Assembly: GCA_049513715.1 (NCBI GenBank)
Contig: JBEKVV010000001.1
Span: forward strand, 672,001 to 736,000
Direction: 5' to 3'
DNA from: Candidatus Bathyarchaeia archaeon
GTDB taxonomy: Archaea > Thermoproteota > Bathyarchaeia > 40CM-2-53-6
DNA: 64,000 nt
In this document: in pieces, positions 1 through 8,382 of the stretch
Numbering within the stretch: the first letter of the stretch is position 1
Layout: every line of letters begins with the position of its first letter
Notes under the pieces: model-generated
Database searches by the model: none
What the model saw: the letters and a program-made list of their open reading frames with translations, nothing else
Told to the model about the DNA's origin: nothing
Made by a program: the position numbers and the translations under genes

Positions 1-4
1 TTCT

Positions 5-382
5 TTGATTCTGATTACTCATAATATGGGTATCGTTGCTGAAATGGCGGATAGGATAGCAGTCATGTATGCTGGGCGACTCGCTGAGATAGCCCCCACA
101 ATCAACATCTTCGAAAATGCAAAACATCCCTACACAAAGGCGTTGTTGGAATCTATACCCAACATCAAGGCGGAAGATAGGATTCTCAAAACAATTCCAG
201 GAGCGCCTCCGGACCTGACCGACTTGCCTTCAGGTTGCGCGTTTCACCCAAGATGCCCATATATGTTCGACAGATGCAAAATGGAAGTCCCGGCGCTAGT
301 CCGAACAGGGAATGAGGCTGAAGCATCCTGCTTCTTATTGGAGGGAGTTGCAGCACGTCCTTCATTGAAGTCAAAAGCCTGA
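5..382 (+). CDS. oppD: Peptide ABC transporter ATP-binding subunit (OppD/DppD-like), 3' part only
   Basis: ILITHN H-loop, HPYT..LL and the C-terminal GCAFHPRC...C...C oligopeptide-ABC signature; the gene starts upstream of the window. Confidence 0.9.
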   Translation: MILITHNMGIVAEMADRIAVMYAGRLAEIAPTINIFENAKHPYTKALLESIPNIKAEDRILKTIPGAPPDLTDLPSGCAFHPRCPYMFDRCKMEVPALVRTGNEAEASCFLLEGVAARPSLKSKA

Positions 383-1338
383 GAAAGTATTTCCCCGTTC
401 AAAAGGGACTGATTTCGCAGCTCTTCTCTAGGGCGACGCAGAATGTGAAGGCCGTCGACAACGTTACTTTCGAGATAAAACGTGGAGACATCTTTGCTCT
501 AGTCGGGGAATCCGGCAGCGGAAAGACCACGACCGGGAGAATCACCGCAGCCCTAATCAAACCAACACAAGGAAGCGTGATAATCGACGGCACTGATATT
601 TCCTTGCTTCGGAGGCGTGAACTGAGAGAATTCAGAAAAAGAATGCAGTTCGTCTACCAAGATCCACTCTCATCCCTCAACCCGAAAATGCATATTGGTG
701 ATGCGATTGGAGAGCCACTTCGATATCTGACTGATACCCCTCAATCAGATCGAAGACGCAAAGTCTTTGAACTTCTCGAACGAGTGGGACTTTCACCCCC
801 AGAGACCTTCTACGATAGATATCCGCACCAGCTGAGCGGAGGGCAGAGGCAAAGAGTGGTAATAGCCAGAGCGATCGCCATTGGCCCAGAGTATTTGGTT
901 GCCGACGAACCTGTTGCAATGGTTGACGTTTCGGTTAGAGCTCAAATAATAGAATTGCTGCTCAAAATGCAGAAAGAACTGCACCTCACCATCCTTCTCA
1001 TCACACACGACTTAGCCGTCGCCAAATACATGTGCAACAAGATCTCAGTCATGTACCTTGGCAAGATAATGGAGTCGGGCACTACGAAGGAAATGTTTTC
1101 GAACCCACTCCATCCATACACTCAAGCCCTACTGGAGGCAGTCCCAGTACCTGACCCAAGAGTAACCGCCCCGAAATCCTTACCGATGGGAGAGATACCT
1201 AGCGCACTGAATCCTCCTAAAGGCTGCCCCTTCCACCCACGTTGCTCGCGTGTCTTCGACCGATGCCGAAGTGAAGAGCCCCGAATGCTCAAGGTTTCAG
1301 AAACTCACTACGTTGCATGCCACCTATACGACAAGTAG
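355..1338 (+). CDS. oppF: Peptide ABC transporter ATP-binding subunit (OppF/DppF-like); start uncertain (ACG 355 proposed, track uses GTG 445)
   Basis: GESGSGKT, LSGGQRQR, DEP, GCPFHPRC; the conserved N-terminus FIEVKSLRKYFPV lies in frame upstream of 445. Confidence 0.9.
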   Translation, partial: TSFIEVKSLRKYFPVQKGLISQLFSRATQNVKAVDNVTFEIKRGDIFALVGESGSGKTTTGRITAALIKPTQGSVIIDGTDISLLRRRELREFRKRMQFVYQDPLSSLNPKMHIGDAIGEPLRYLTDTPQSDRRRKVFELLERVGLSPPETFYDRYPHQLSGGQRQRVVIARAIAIGPEYLVADEPVAMVDVSVRAQIIELLLKMQKELHLTILLITHDLAVAKYMCNKISVMYLGKIMESGTTKEMFSNPLHPYTQALLEAVPVPDPRVTAPKSLPMGEIPSALNPPKGCPFHPRCSRVFDRCRSEEPRMLKVSETHYVACHLYDK

Positions 1339-1665
1339 CTAATTACTGGCCTCAGCTGGCCTACACATTTCCCAGTGCCCTGATTTGCTGAACCCCAGTC
1401 GACTGTAGAACTCGTCGGTTCCGCCGACCGGAACTGCCGTGAATTCATCTGTCGGATTGCCTGCAATTACCGACTTAATGAGAGCTGAACCGACACCCGA
1501 ATTCTTGTTTGAATCAGAAATCTGCAAACATAGTATCGTCATCTGGTTTGGCATCTTCCGGCTGACTGCAGTAAGACCGATAATTCTGCTTCCTTGAAGC
1601 GCAATCCAAACCGTGTGACCCGTCCCGATCACACTAACCTCGACACACTCTCTTGTAATCGGCAT
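1339..1665 (-). CDS. GNAT-family N-acetyltransferase (small)
   Basis: NKNSGVGSALIK (acetyl-CoA-binding motif A) and FYSRLGF. Confidence 0.7.
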   Translation of the reverse strand: MPITRECVEVSVIGTGHTVWIALQGSRIIGLTAVSRKMPNQMTILCLQISDSNKNSGVGSALIKSVIAGNPTDEFTAVPVGGTDEFYSRLGFSKSGHWEMCRPAEASN

Positions 1666-1852
1666 GCTAGGGTCTAGCGAGAGATCTTACATGTCTCCCA
1701 GTTTTCCTTGGCGATAAACGACTTGAGTCTCTATTCGCAATCAAGTTCGATTCAGATTTGACCATAAGGTTTATCTTGTTTGCCGTAATCCGCTCGCCGA
1801 ACAAAAGTTTCCAATCCTCAAAATAGGTACGAATGTTTGGATTTGAGAATCG

Positions 1853-2578
1853 TTGGGTAAGCAAATTCGGGTGCAGCGGCGTGGAAAAGGCGGCTCTCAA
1901 TTCACCGCCCGTTCCTTTAGGCGACTTGCTCCAGTAAGATTTCCTCCTGCCACGCAAGCACTCAAAGGTGTTGTTCGCGAGATAATGCACGATCCGGCCA
2001 GAGGAACACCACTCGCCCTGATTGAATTCACAAACGGAAATGCCTGCTGCTTAGCTGCGCCCGAGGGCCTAGCCCTAAATCAAGGCATAGATTTTGGCGA
2101 AAGAGCATCACCAGATGTCGGTAACGTATTGCCTTTAGGACGGATGCCTGAAGGTACTCTTGTCTGCAGTGTTGAATTGCGCCCAGGTGACGGCGGGCGA
2201 GTAGCAAGGGCTTCGGGAACATACTGCATGGTTGTTTCACATACCCCTCAAGGGACTGAGTTGCGATTGCCATCCGGCAAAGCTGTTTACATGAACGATC
2301 ATTGCAGGGCAATGGTTGGCGTTGTGGCTGCAGCGGGAAGAACTGAGAAACCATTCCTTAAGGCAGGGACAGCTCAGAAATTGATGACCGCACGGGGACG
2401 CGTGTGGCCTACGACGAGTGGTCAAAAGATGATTTCTGCTTCACACCCCCACGGGGGAGGAAGGCACAAGCATTCAGGAAAGCCAACAACTGTATCTAGA
2501 AACGCCCCTCCTGGCAGAAAGGTTGGGATGATCGCGGCTCGACAAACCGGGCGAGCCAAACGCGCTATACGCACATAG
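1853..2578 (+). CDS. rpl2: 50S ribosomal protein uL2, archaeal type
   Basis: MGKQIRVQRRGKG, HDPARG, RLPSG, HPHGGG, APPGRKVG. Confidence 0.97.
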   Translation: MGKQIRVQRRGKGGSQFTARSFRRLAPVRFPPATQALKGVVREIMHDPARGTPLALIEFTNGNACCLAAPEGLALNQGIDFGERASPDVGNVLPLGRMPEGTLVCSVELRPGDGGRVARASGTYCMVVSHTPQGTELRLPSGKAVYMNDHCRAMVGVVAAAGRTEKPFLKAGTAQKLMTARGRVWPTTSGQKMISASHPHGGGRHKHSGKPTTVSRNAPPGRKVGMIAARQTGRAKRAIRT

Positions 2579-2587
2579 GTGATTTGA

Positions 2588-2980
2588 ATGACATTGGTCG
2601 ATCCGCTCGCAAATGCATTGAACACGATTCATAACAACGAACGTCGTCATAAACGGGAATGCATCGTTTGGCCGGCCTCCAAGTTGATGGGGCAGGTTCT
2701 GCGTGTGATGCAGAAGAATGGTTACATCGGCGAGTTCGAGTTCATTGACGACGGCCGCGCTGGGAAATACCGCATTCAATTGCTCGGTCGAGTGAACCGG
2801 TGCGGAGTGATTAAACCAAGGTACGCTATGAGAGTGCCCGATATTGAACATTGGGAGGAAAGATATCTTCCTTCACGCGAAGTCGGCGTCCTAATCGTGA
2901 GCACACCGAAAGGCGTAGTATCCCATTCGGATGCGAGAGTCGCCAAAACAGGTGGACGGCTGCTCGCCTTCGTTTTCTGA
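2588..2980 (+). CDS. rps8: 30S ribosomal protein uS8
   Basis: DPLANAL, GYIGEFEFIDDGRAG, IVSTPKGV, GGRLLAFV. Confidence 0.97.
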   Translation: MTLVDPLANALNTIHNNERRHKRECIVWPASKLMGQVLRVMQKNGYIGEFEFIDDGRAGKYRIQLLGRVNRCGVIKPRYAMRVPDIEHWEERYLPSREVGVLIVSTPKGVVSHSDARVAKTGGRLLAFVF

Positions 2981-3055
2981 TGCTTCTTCTGGAAACGCTT
3001 TAATTGGGCACCTGCATGACGCACTGAATCAGCGACTGAAAGAGAAGTGGATAGT

Positions 3056-3655
3056 TTGGCGAAAGGACCTCAGTATAACCTCCCATTCCGACGAAGGCGT
3101 GAGGGTAGAACACGATATGGAAAGAGACGGCGCCTTGTAGCGTCTGGGATAGCTCGGTTCGTTGTGCGGCCGTCAAACAAACACCTCATGGCTCAGATAA
3201 TCGAAGCGAAGCCCTATGGCGATCACGTTCTTGCGTCGGCTCATTCATCCGAGCTGAAGGAATTCGGGTGGAAAGCACCTTGCGGTAACCTTCCGGCAGC
3301 GTATCTAACAGGCCTCCTCGCTGCGCGTAGAGCAAAGGAGAGCGGTGTCTCTGAGGCGATACTCGACATTGGCCTACACGCGAGGGGACCCGGCTCTAGA
3401 ATTTTCGCCGCAACAAAGGGAGCCGTAGACGCGGGACTTACGATCCCGCATGATAAGGATGTCCTGCCACCTTTGGACAGGGTGCAGGGTAAGCATGTGA
3501 TGGCCTATTCAAGTAAGTTATCTTCAAACGCAGAATCCTACAAGAAGAATTTCTCGATATACCTGAAACATAAACTCAAGCCAGAAGAACTCTCAACTCA
3601 CGTCAGCGAGGTACAAGCCAAAATCAGCGCTAGCACTCCGAGGCTCAAGAAATGA
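3056..3655 (+). CDS. rpl18: 50S ribosomal protein uL18 (likely TTG start at 3056)
   Basis: MAKGPQY..PFRRRREGRT.Y, GNLPAAYLTGLL, GAVDAGL.IPH. Confidence 0.96.
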   Translation: MAKGPQYNLPFRRRREGRTRYGKRRRLVASGIARFVVRPSNKHLMAQIIEAKPYGDHVLASAHSSELKEFGWKAPCGNLPAAYLTGLLAARRAKESGVSEAILDIGLHARGPGSRIFAATKGAVDAGLTIPHDKDVLPPLDRVQGKHVMAYSSKLSSNAESYKKNFSIYLKHKLKPEELSTHVSEVQAKISASTPRLKK

Positions 3656-4278
3656 GCACTAAACCAAAGCGTAAGACCAAGCCGAAGGCCATAAAGAAAG
3701 CGAAGCCGAAAGTAACTAGGCGACCTATTGCTGCCAAGAAACCCGAAAGGAAAACTGTTGAAGCGGCTCCAGCCCCGGAAAGGAAGCCTTCTGCACCGGA
3801 ACGGACCTTTGTCTTAGTCATCCGTTTGCTTGGCCCCATCGCGGTTCCGGCGTATATTGAAACCACCATGAGAAGCCTGAGGCTCAACAGAAGGTTCAGT
3901 GCAATTCTCGTCGAGAAGAATCTCAGCCTCCTTGGAATGCTCAACCAGGCCAAAGACTACCTGACCTGGGGGGAAGCCGAAACGCGTGACATAGCAACCC
4001 TGTTCAGGGAGCGAGGTGAACTTATCGGTGGGGCCGCGGTAACTGAAGGATTCGTGAAAGAGAACTTTGGTCAGCAATCGATCGAGGAGCTGGCGGCAGC
4101 CCTAATCCGAGGCGATATAGATTTGAAAGCACTCTGGAAGAAAGGAGTTAAACATGTTTTTAGAATGCGAGCGCCCTCGGGAGGATTTAATTACAGCGTG
4201 AAACGGCATTTTGCGACCAGAGGAGAGCTGGGAAACAGGGGTCATGGGATTTCGAATCTTCTGGAAAACATGGCCTGA
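3652..4278 (+). CDS. rpl30: 50S ribosomal protein uL30, archaeal type, with Lys-rich N-terminal extension
   Basis: VIRLLG..TMRSLRL, GMLNQAKDYLTWGE, FRMRAPSGGF, GELGNRG..I..LL. Confidence 0.92.
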   Translation: MSTKPKRKTKPKAIKKAKPKVTRRPIAAKKPERKTVEAAPAPERKPSAPERTFVLVIRLLGPIAVPAYIETTMRSLRLNRRFSAILVEKNLSLLGMLNQAKDYLTWGEAETRDIATLFRERGELIGGAAVTEGFVKENFGQQSIEELAAALIRGDIDLKALWKKGVKHVFRMRAPSGGFNYSVKRHFATRGELGNRGHGISNLLENMA

Positions 4279-4327
4279 ACCTGTCCGCCACCTCTAGAAC
4301 GGAAGAGTAGTCTTAGTCCTGATTGCA

Positions 4328-5101
4328 ATGGCCCGGAGCGCCCGTAGCTCTGTAATCCTAATACCCGTGAAAATGTCTAGGGTCGGCTCACGCGACGATC
4401 TGTGCCTGATACTTCTAAAGGCCATAGAAAACCGAGGCTTGGTCCTAAGGCGAGGCGACGTGGTTGCAGTCGCCAGCAAAGTCGTGTCTCTCTGCGAGGG
4501 CCGGACATTGCCCCTAAGCCAAGTCATCTCCGCGAAGGCGAAACGTCTAGCCCGAAGATGGCACATGGACCCCCGCCTAGCAGAAACAGTCATTCAGGAA
4601 GCGGCAGAAATCATTGGCGGTGTAAGGGGTTTTTTGCTGACAATAAAGAATGGAATCATGACCGCCAATGCAGGCATTGATCTCAAGAATGCTCCACATG
4701 GAACCGCTGTTCTCTGGCCCATCAACCCTGACAAATCTGCTTGCAAGATGCGTATGTGTCTCGAGAAACACTTCAGAACACGGCTAGGGGTGATTGTTGT
4801 TGACAGCAGAGTCACACCAATGCGCTTGGGAACGGTGGGAGTTGCATTAGGCGTATCAGGATTTGTACCTGTACAAGATGAGAGAGGCAAAAGTGACCTC
4901 TTTGGACGCAAAGTAAAGTTCACACAAACGAATGTTGCAGATGACATCGCATCGTCCGCTCATCTCTTGATGGGGGAAACCGGCGAAAAGGTCGGAGCCG
5001 TAGTCGTACACAATTTGAAAGTCCATCTGAGCGATTCATTCGATTCGAAGATGACCCGTCTCCGCAAATCAAGCTGTTTGATCGCTAACAGTCTACGTTA
5101 G
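4328..5101 (+). CDS. cofE: Coenzyme F420-0:L-glutamate ligase family protein
   Basis: GDVVAVASKVVSLCEGR, ANAGID, DERGKSDLFGR, ADDIASSAHLLMGE. Confidence 0.85.
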   Translation: MARSARSSVILIPVKMSRVGSRDDLCLILLKAIENRGLVLRRGDVVAVASKVVSLCEGRTLPLSQVISAKAKRLARRWHMDPRLAETVIQEAAEIIGGVRGFLLTIKNGIMTANAGIDLKNAPHGTAVLWPINPDKSACKMRMCLEKHFRTRLGVIVVDSRVTPMRLGTVGVALGVSGFVPVQDERGKSDLFGRKVKFTQTNVADDIASSAHLLMGETGEKVGAVVVHNLKVHLSDSFDSKMTRLRKSSCLIANSLR

Positions 5102-5168
5102 GGGTCACACTTGCCAGAACACGTCAGGATTTATCAACCAGCCGTCCCTCAAGAACGAGGAATGACTC

Positions 5169-6893
5169 TCAACCATTCTCGGCAAAGCGGTAGAGTTTGC
5201 GAGTTCCGTTGGAATCTAGGCTCGCGGTAATCAATTTCGAGGCGCGTAGTTTCTTCAAGTGGTAGTTAACAAGTTGTTGGCTCAGTCCCAAATCTTTCGA
5301 GAGTTGGGCCTCCCATATGCCGGGGTGTTCGATTATCCAAAGGATAATGCGGGTTGAGACTGTGTCCATGGAACCGTCTGCCGTCTCCTTGACGTAGAAC
5401 CGACGCGCGAAGCCGTCCCTAAATGACGCGATCGCGCCTCTCCTTTCCATGCGAATTACAGCGAGTGTGCCAATTCTATTGCGGTTGGCCAAGCGCTTGA
5501 TCTCGCGAAGCTTCAACCCTGGTTTCTGCGAAAGCAGGTGGATGATTTCTTGCTGCGCTGTGCTAGGTTTCTCTTCAGCAACCCATGGGATTCTCGCGCA
5601 AGATGAGAATAACTTGTAGCGACTAGCTTCGCTTGAAAATGTCCCGACAAACGCAAAGCAGGCTATCAAAGCAACCGCGACCAGCCATTCTAATCCAGTT
5701 TGATGGTTTGGAGTGACGATTTTCACGAAACCGGTAGGTGAAATTGCATAGAGGTCTCCGTCAGTAGTTACCGTGACTGCGAGTATGGGGCCCCTAACTA
5801 CCTCGTTCCCGGTCTGAACGACATTTCCGGCTCGGTTCATCTGGAGGTAAGTAACGTTCGTTACAGGTGTTAGCTTTTGCGAAGAAGGTAAACCCGATGT
5901 ACCCAACTGATACCAGACAACGTACAGATTGTCTTGAGAATCATTAGAAACAGCAAGATACGCTGCCTGCGCGCTAGGGTAATTCAATTCTTTCAAGTAA
6001 ACTAACCGGCCTGCCGATGAAATCTGTGAAACATAGACCGGTCTGCCGATCGTTGCCGTCTGCCAGATAACGAAAGCCCCGTCTTGAGCTGCTGTTGCGG
6101 TGACGGCTACATCATTTATCGTGTCGTCAAATTTCGCCACTTGGAGCATAGTTATGACGGTTCCGTTAGTTGCAAGCCTCGCATAGTCCACGGTCGAAAC
6201 GGGTTTGTCTGCAGACTGACTCTCTCCCCAGGCAATGTGCAGATTGCCCGAAGAAGGGTCTAATGCTACCCTAGCCTTTGGTGGAAAGGGACGAGTTTCG
6301 TTATAGGACGCAATTGATTGAATGGCTGAGGTCTCATTGCCTGACACTGACTCAAAATTCACGAGTGCATGTTCGGTGTTAGGGTCGTATCGGGTCCAAA
6401 CCAAGTGGCTGGTGCCATTGTTGTCCAAGGCCACGGACGGCCACATGATGAGCGAGCCTTTGCTAGTAAGGATCTGGGCTGTGCGAGCGACTGTTGAGTT
6501 GAAGCGCAGCAAATACAGCGCTGAGGATATCCTCGGCGATGTACCGATATCCTCTGCCCACACTATGCCAGCGTCGCCTTGGGAATCTACGGCCAAGTCA
6601 GCTGACTGAGCTGAGGTGCTGTTGGTGATCATTGTCGGTGGTATTGAGTTGGTCCCGTTCGGGCTGTATTTGCTATACCATATTCCGGGATGGGTATTTG
6701 ATCCGTTCAGGGCTGGCACGACCCATAAGACGTGGACGTTTCCCGCAGTGTCCACTAGCACCTTGGTCTGGAAGTCACTCGAAGAATTGTCCAACATATT
6801 GTGGACATTACGGGAACTTGTGTTTGCCCCGGCCGGAGCTATAGCTAGCAGCATGACGGAGAATGCAAAGAGGCCGGTAAGCACCCTTGACAT
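5169..6893 (-). CDS. Membrane-spanning protein: signal peptide, repeat-rich extracellular domain, TM helix, cytoplasmic winged-HTH region
   Basis: Hydrophobic N-terminus; repeated D..G.(V/L)H(V/I)(V/A)W blades; TM WLVAVALIACFAFVG; HPGIWEAQLSKDLGLSQQLVNYHLKKL. Confidence 0.75.
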   Translation of the reverse strand: MSRVLTGLFAFSVMLLAIAPAGANTSSRNVHNMLDNSSSDFQTKVLVDTAGNVHVLWVVPALNGSNTHPGIWYSKYSPNGTNSIPPTMITNSTSAQSADLAVDSQGDAGIVWAEDIGTSPRISSALYLLRFNSTVARTAQILTSKGSLIMWPSVALDNNGTSHLVWTRYDPNTEHALVNFESVSGNETSAIQSIASYNETRPFPPKARVALDPSSGNLHIAWGESQSADKPVSTVDYARLATNGTVITMLQVAKFDDTINDVAVTATAAQDGAFVIWQTATIGRPVYVSQISSAGRLVYLKELNYPSAQAAYLAVSNDSQDNLYVVWYQLGTSGLPSSQKLTPVTNVTYLQMNRAGNVVQTGNEVVRGPILAVTVTTDGDLYAISPTGFVKIVTPNHQTGLEWLVAVALIACFAFVGTFSSEASRYKLFSSCARIPWVAEEKPSTAQQEIIHLLSQKPGLKLREIKRLANRNRIGTLAVIRMERRGAIASFRDGFARRFYVKETADGSMDTVSTRIILWIIEHPGIWEAQLSKDLGLSQQLVNYHLKKLRASKLITASLDSNGTRKLYRFAENG

Positions 6894-6962
6894 CTGGACA
6901 GCCTTAATCTAACCCTACAACCCTCGAATTAAGAGCATCGTTTGCACCGAACGTATGCGGTA

Positions 6963-7916
6963 CTAGACGCCAGTTAACTCGGACTGTAGTCTGTATAGGG
7001 GGTAGTTATAGGTTACAACCAGCCAGGAATCAAGGATTCTATAGCTAGCAGCATTCCTGTATACTTTGTGCGCTTGGTCTAGCCTTTTTAGAGCAATGTC
7101 TGATGTGGGGAAAAGGAGAGCTCTCGATACCGATATTGAAGTCCCATCGCCGATTACGGATTTTACTATCATTTTCGTATCATTCAGTTGCGTTGCAAAC
7201 TTTGCGACGTACAATCCAACGTAGTCCTGATCGGTAACTCCAGTCGCATAGACTGCTTGCTTCACAGTCACCTCGTCAAATAGGGTTGTCGCATTCGAGC
7301 TGACCTCATCGAGTATCGCTTGCACGTTCTGGCGAGCTGAGGATTTATCGTTGCTGAAGATTACCTGCTCATTGACAACGCTCAGGAAACCTTGGTTTGC
7401 GATTTGGTCTCCGAACTTGCGCATCAAGAGTTCATAGACCTTATAGCCATTATAGTTCGCGGGTTGTGGTATGCTTGCTGGTTTCACAGATTCGAGGTCA
7501 TTGACGAGTTTGGCATGCTCTTGTGTGGTAAATTTCAGTACTGTGGCGGACCCGCTGTATTGCGACTGTGGTAATTCAATCTCAACTTCATAGGCTATGT
7601 CAGTTGGCAGGACCTGGAAACCCAACTGGGGCAACTCAAATAGGTACTGTGTCCCGTACAGTGAAGAATTGTGGGTAATGGAATACGCCTGGTCATAGTT
7701 GACGTAAGCGACGTATTGCGCGTCACTCGGGACATATGCCATCCAATCCTGAGGCTTGAATTCGAATCCATCAGGAATGTGTCCGACCGACGGAAGGGAT
7801 TGATACCATGAGCCAGCAACGAGGACTAAGATTACAAGGCCCGTGATCACGAAAGAATAGGTGCGAAGTTGACTGGGGTTCTTTTTCCTCGCCTTATCTC
7901 TCTTCCTAGGCTTCAA
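6963..7916 (-). CDS. Hypothetical membrane-anchored protein
   Basis: 317-aa ORF with basic N-terminus and a single TM helix; no recognised motif. Confidence 0.7.
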   Translation of the reverse strand: MKPRKRDKARKKNPSQLRTYSFVITGLVILVLVAGSWYQSLPSVGHIPDGFEFKPQDWMAYVPSDAQYVAYVNYDQAYSITHNSSLYGTQYLFELPQLGFQVLPTDIAYEVEIELPQSQYSGSATVLKFTTQEHAKLVNDLESVKPASIPQPANYNGYKVYELLMRKFGDQIANQGFLSVVNEQVIFSNDKSSARQNVQAILDEVSSNATTLFDEVTVKQAVYATGVTDQDYVGLYVAKFATQLNDTKMIVKSVIGDGTSISVSRALLFPTSDIALKRLDQAHKVYRNAASYRILDSWLVVTYNYPLYRLQSELTGV

Positions 7917-7971
7917 GACTATAACACGCGCTTAATTCCACGTAACGCTTAGTTCAGTTTGAAGGTGGGTT

Positions 7972-8319
7972 ATGTTAAGTTTACTGAGAATTATTCGCAG
8001 GTCTTTCGCGCTTTGTGCAGCAATACTCGCCGCAGATGGTGTTGCGGCTTATGTGCTGGAGTTTTTGAACTATGCCTTCATAGAAAGCATTGGCGATCTT
8101 ATGCTGGTGGAAGTCGCTCTTCTGTTTGTAGTTGCGGGCCTCATGGATTTCGCGACTTCAATTGGTGGGGCCCAATTTAGGAGAATGATCTTGGCTTCTA
8201 AAGAGGGCTACTCAGCTTCGAAGCATAAAGAGACAGAACGGAAAGCAGCGGTACTGTTTCTATCGGGCCTGATTTTGTTGCTACTGCTGGTAGCTACAGC
8301 AATCTATTATGGCCATTAG
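7972..8319 (+). CDS. Hypothetical membrane protein (about 3 TM helices)
   Basis: Three hydrophobic segments; fills the gap between flanking genes. Confidence 0.65.
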   Translation: MLSLLRIIRRSFALCAAILAADGVAAYVLEFLNYAFIESIGDLMLVEVALLFVVAGLMDFATSIGGAQFRRMILASKEGYSASKHKETERKAAVLFLSGLILLLLLVATAIYYGH

Positions 8320-8335
8320 ATTCGTAGTGGGTTGT

Positions 8336-8373
8336 GAAAAAACGAGGGGCGCCGGAGGGGTCCCTCCGAGCGC
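8336..8373 (-). terminator. GC hairpin plus T-tract downstream of the substrate-binding protein gene
   Basis: Stem gcgc-cggaggg/ccctccg-gcgc (8349-8373) followed on the minus strand by TTTTTT. Confidence 0.55.
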
Positions 8374-8382
8374 ATATTTCTG

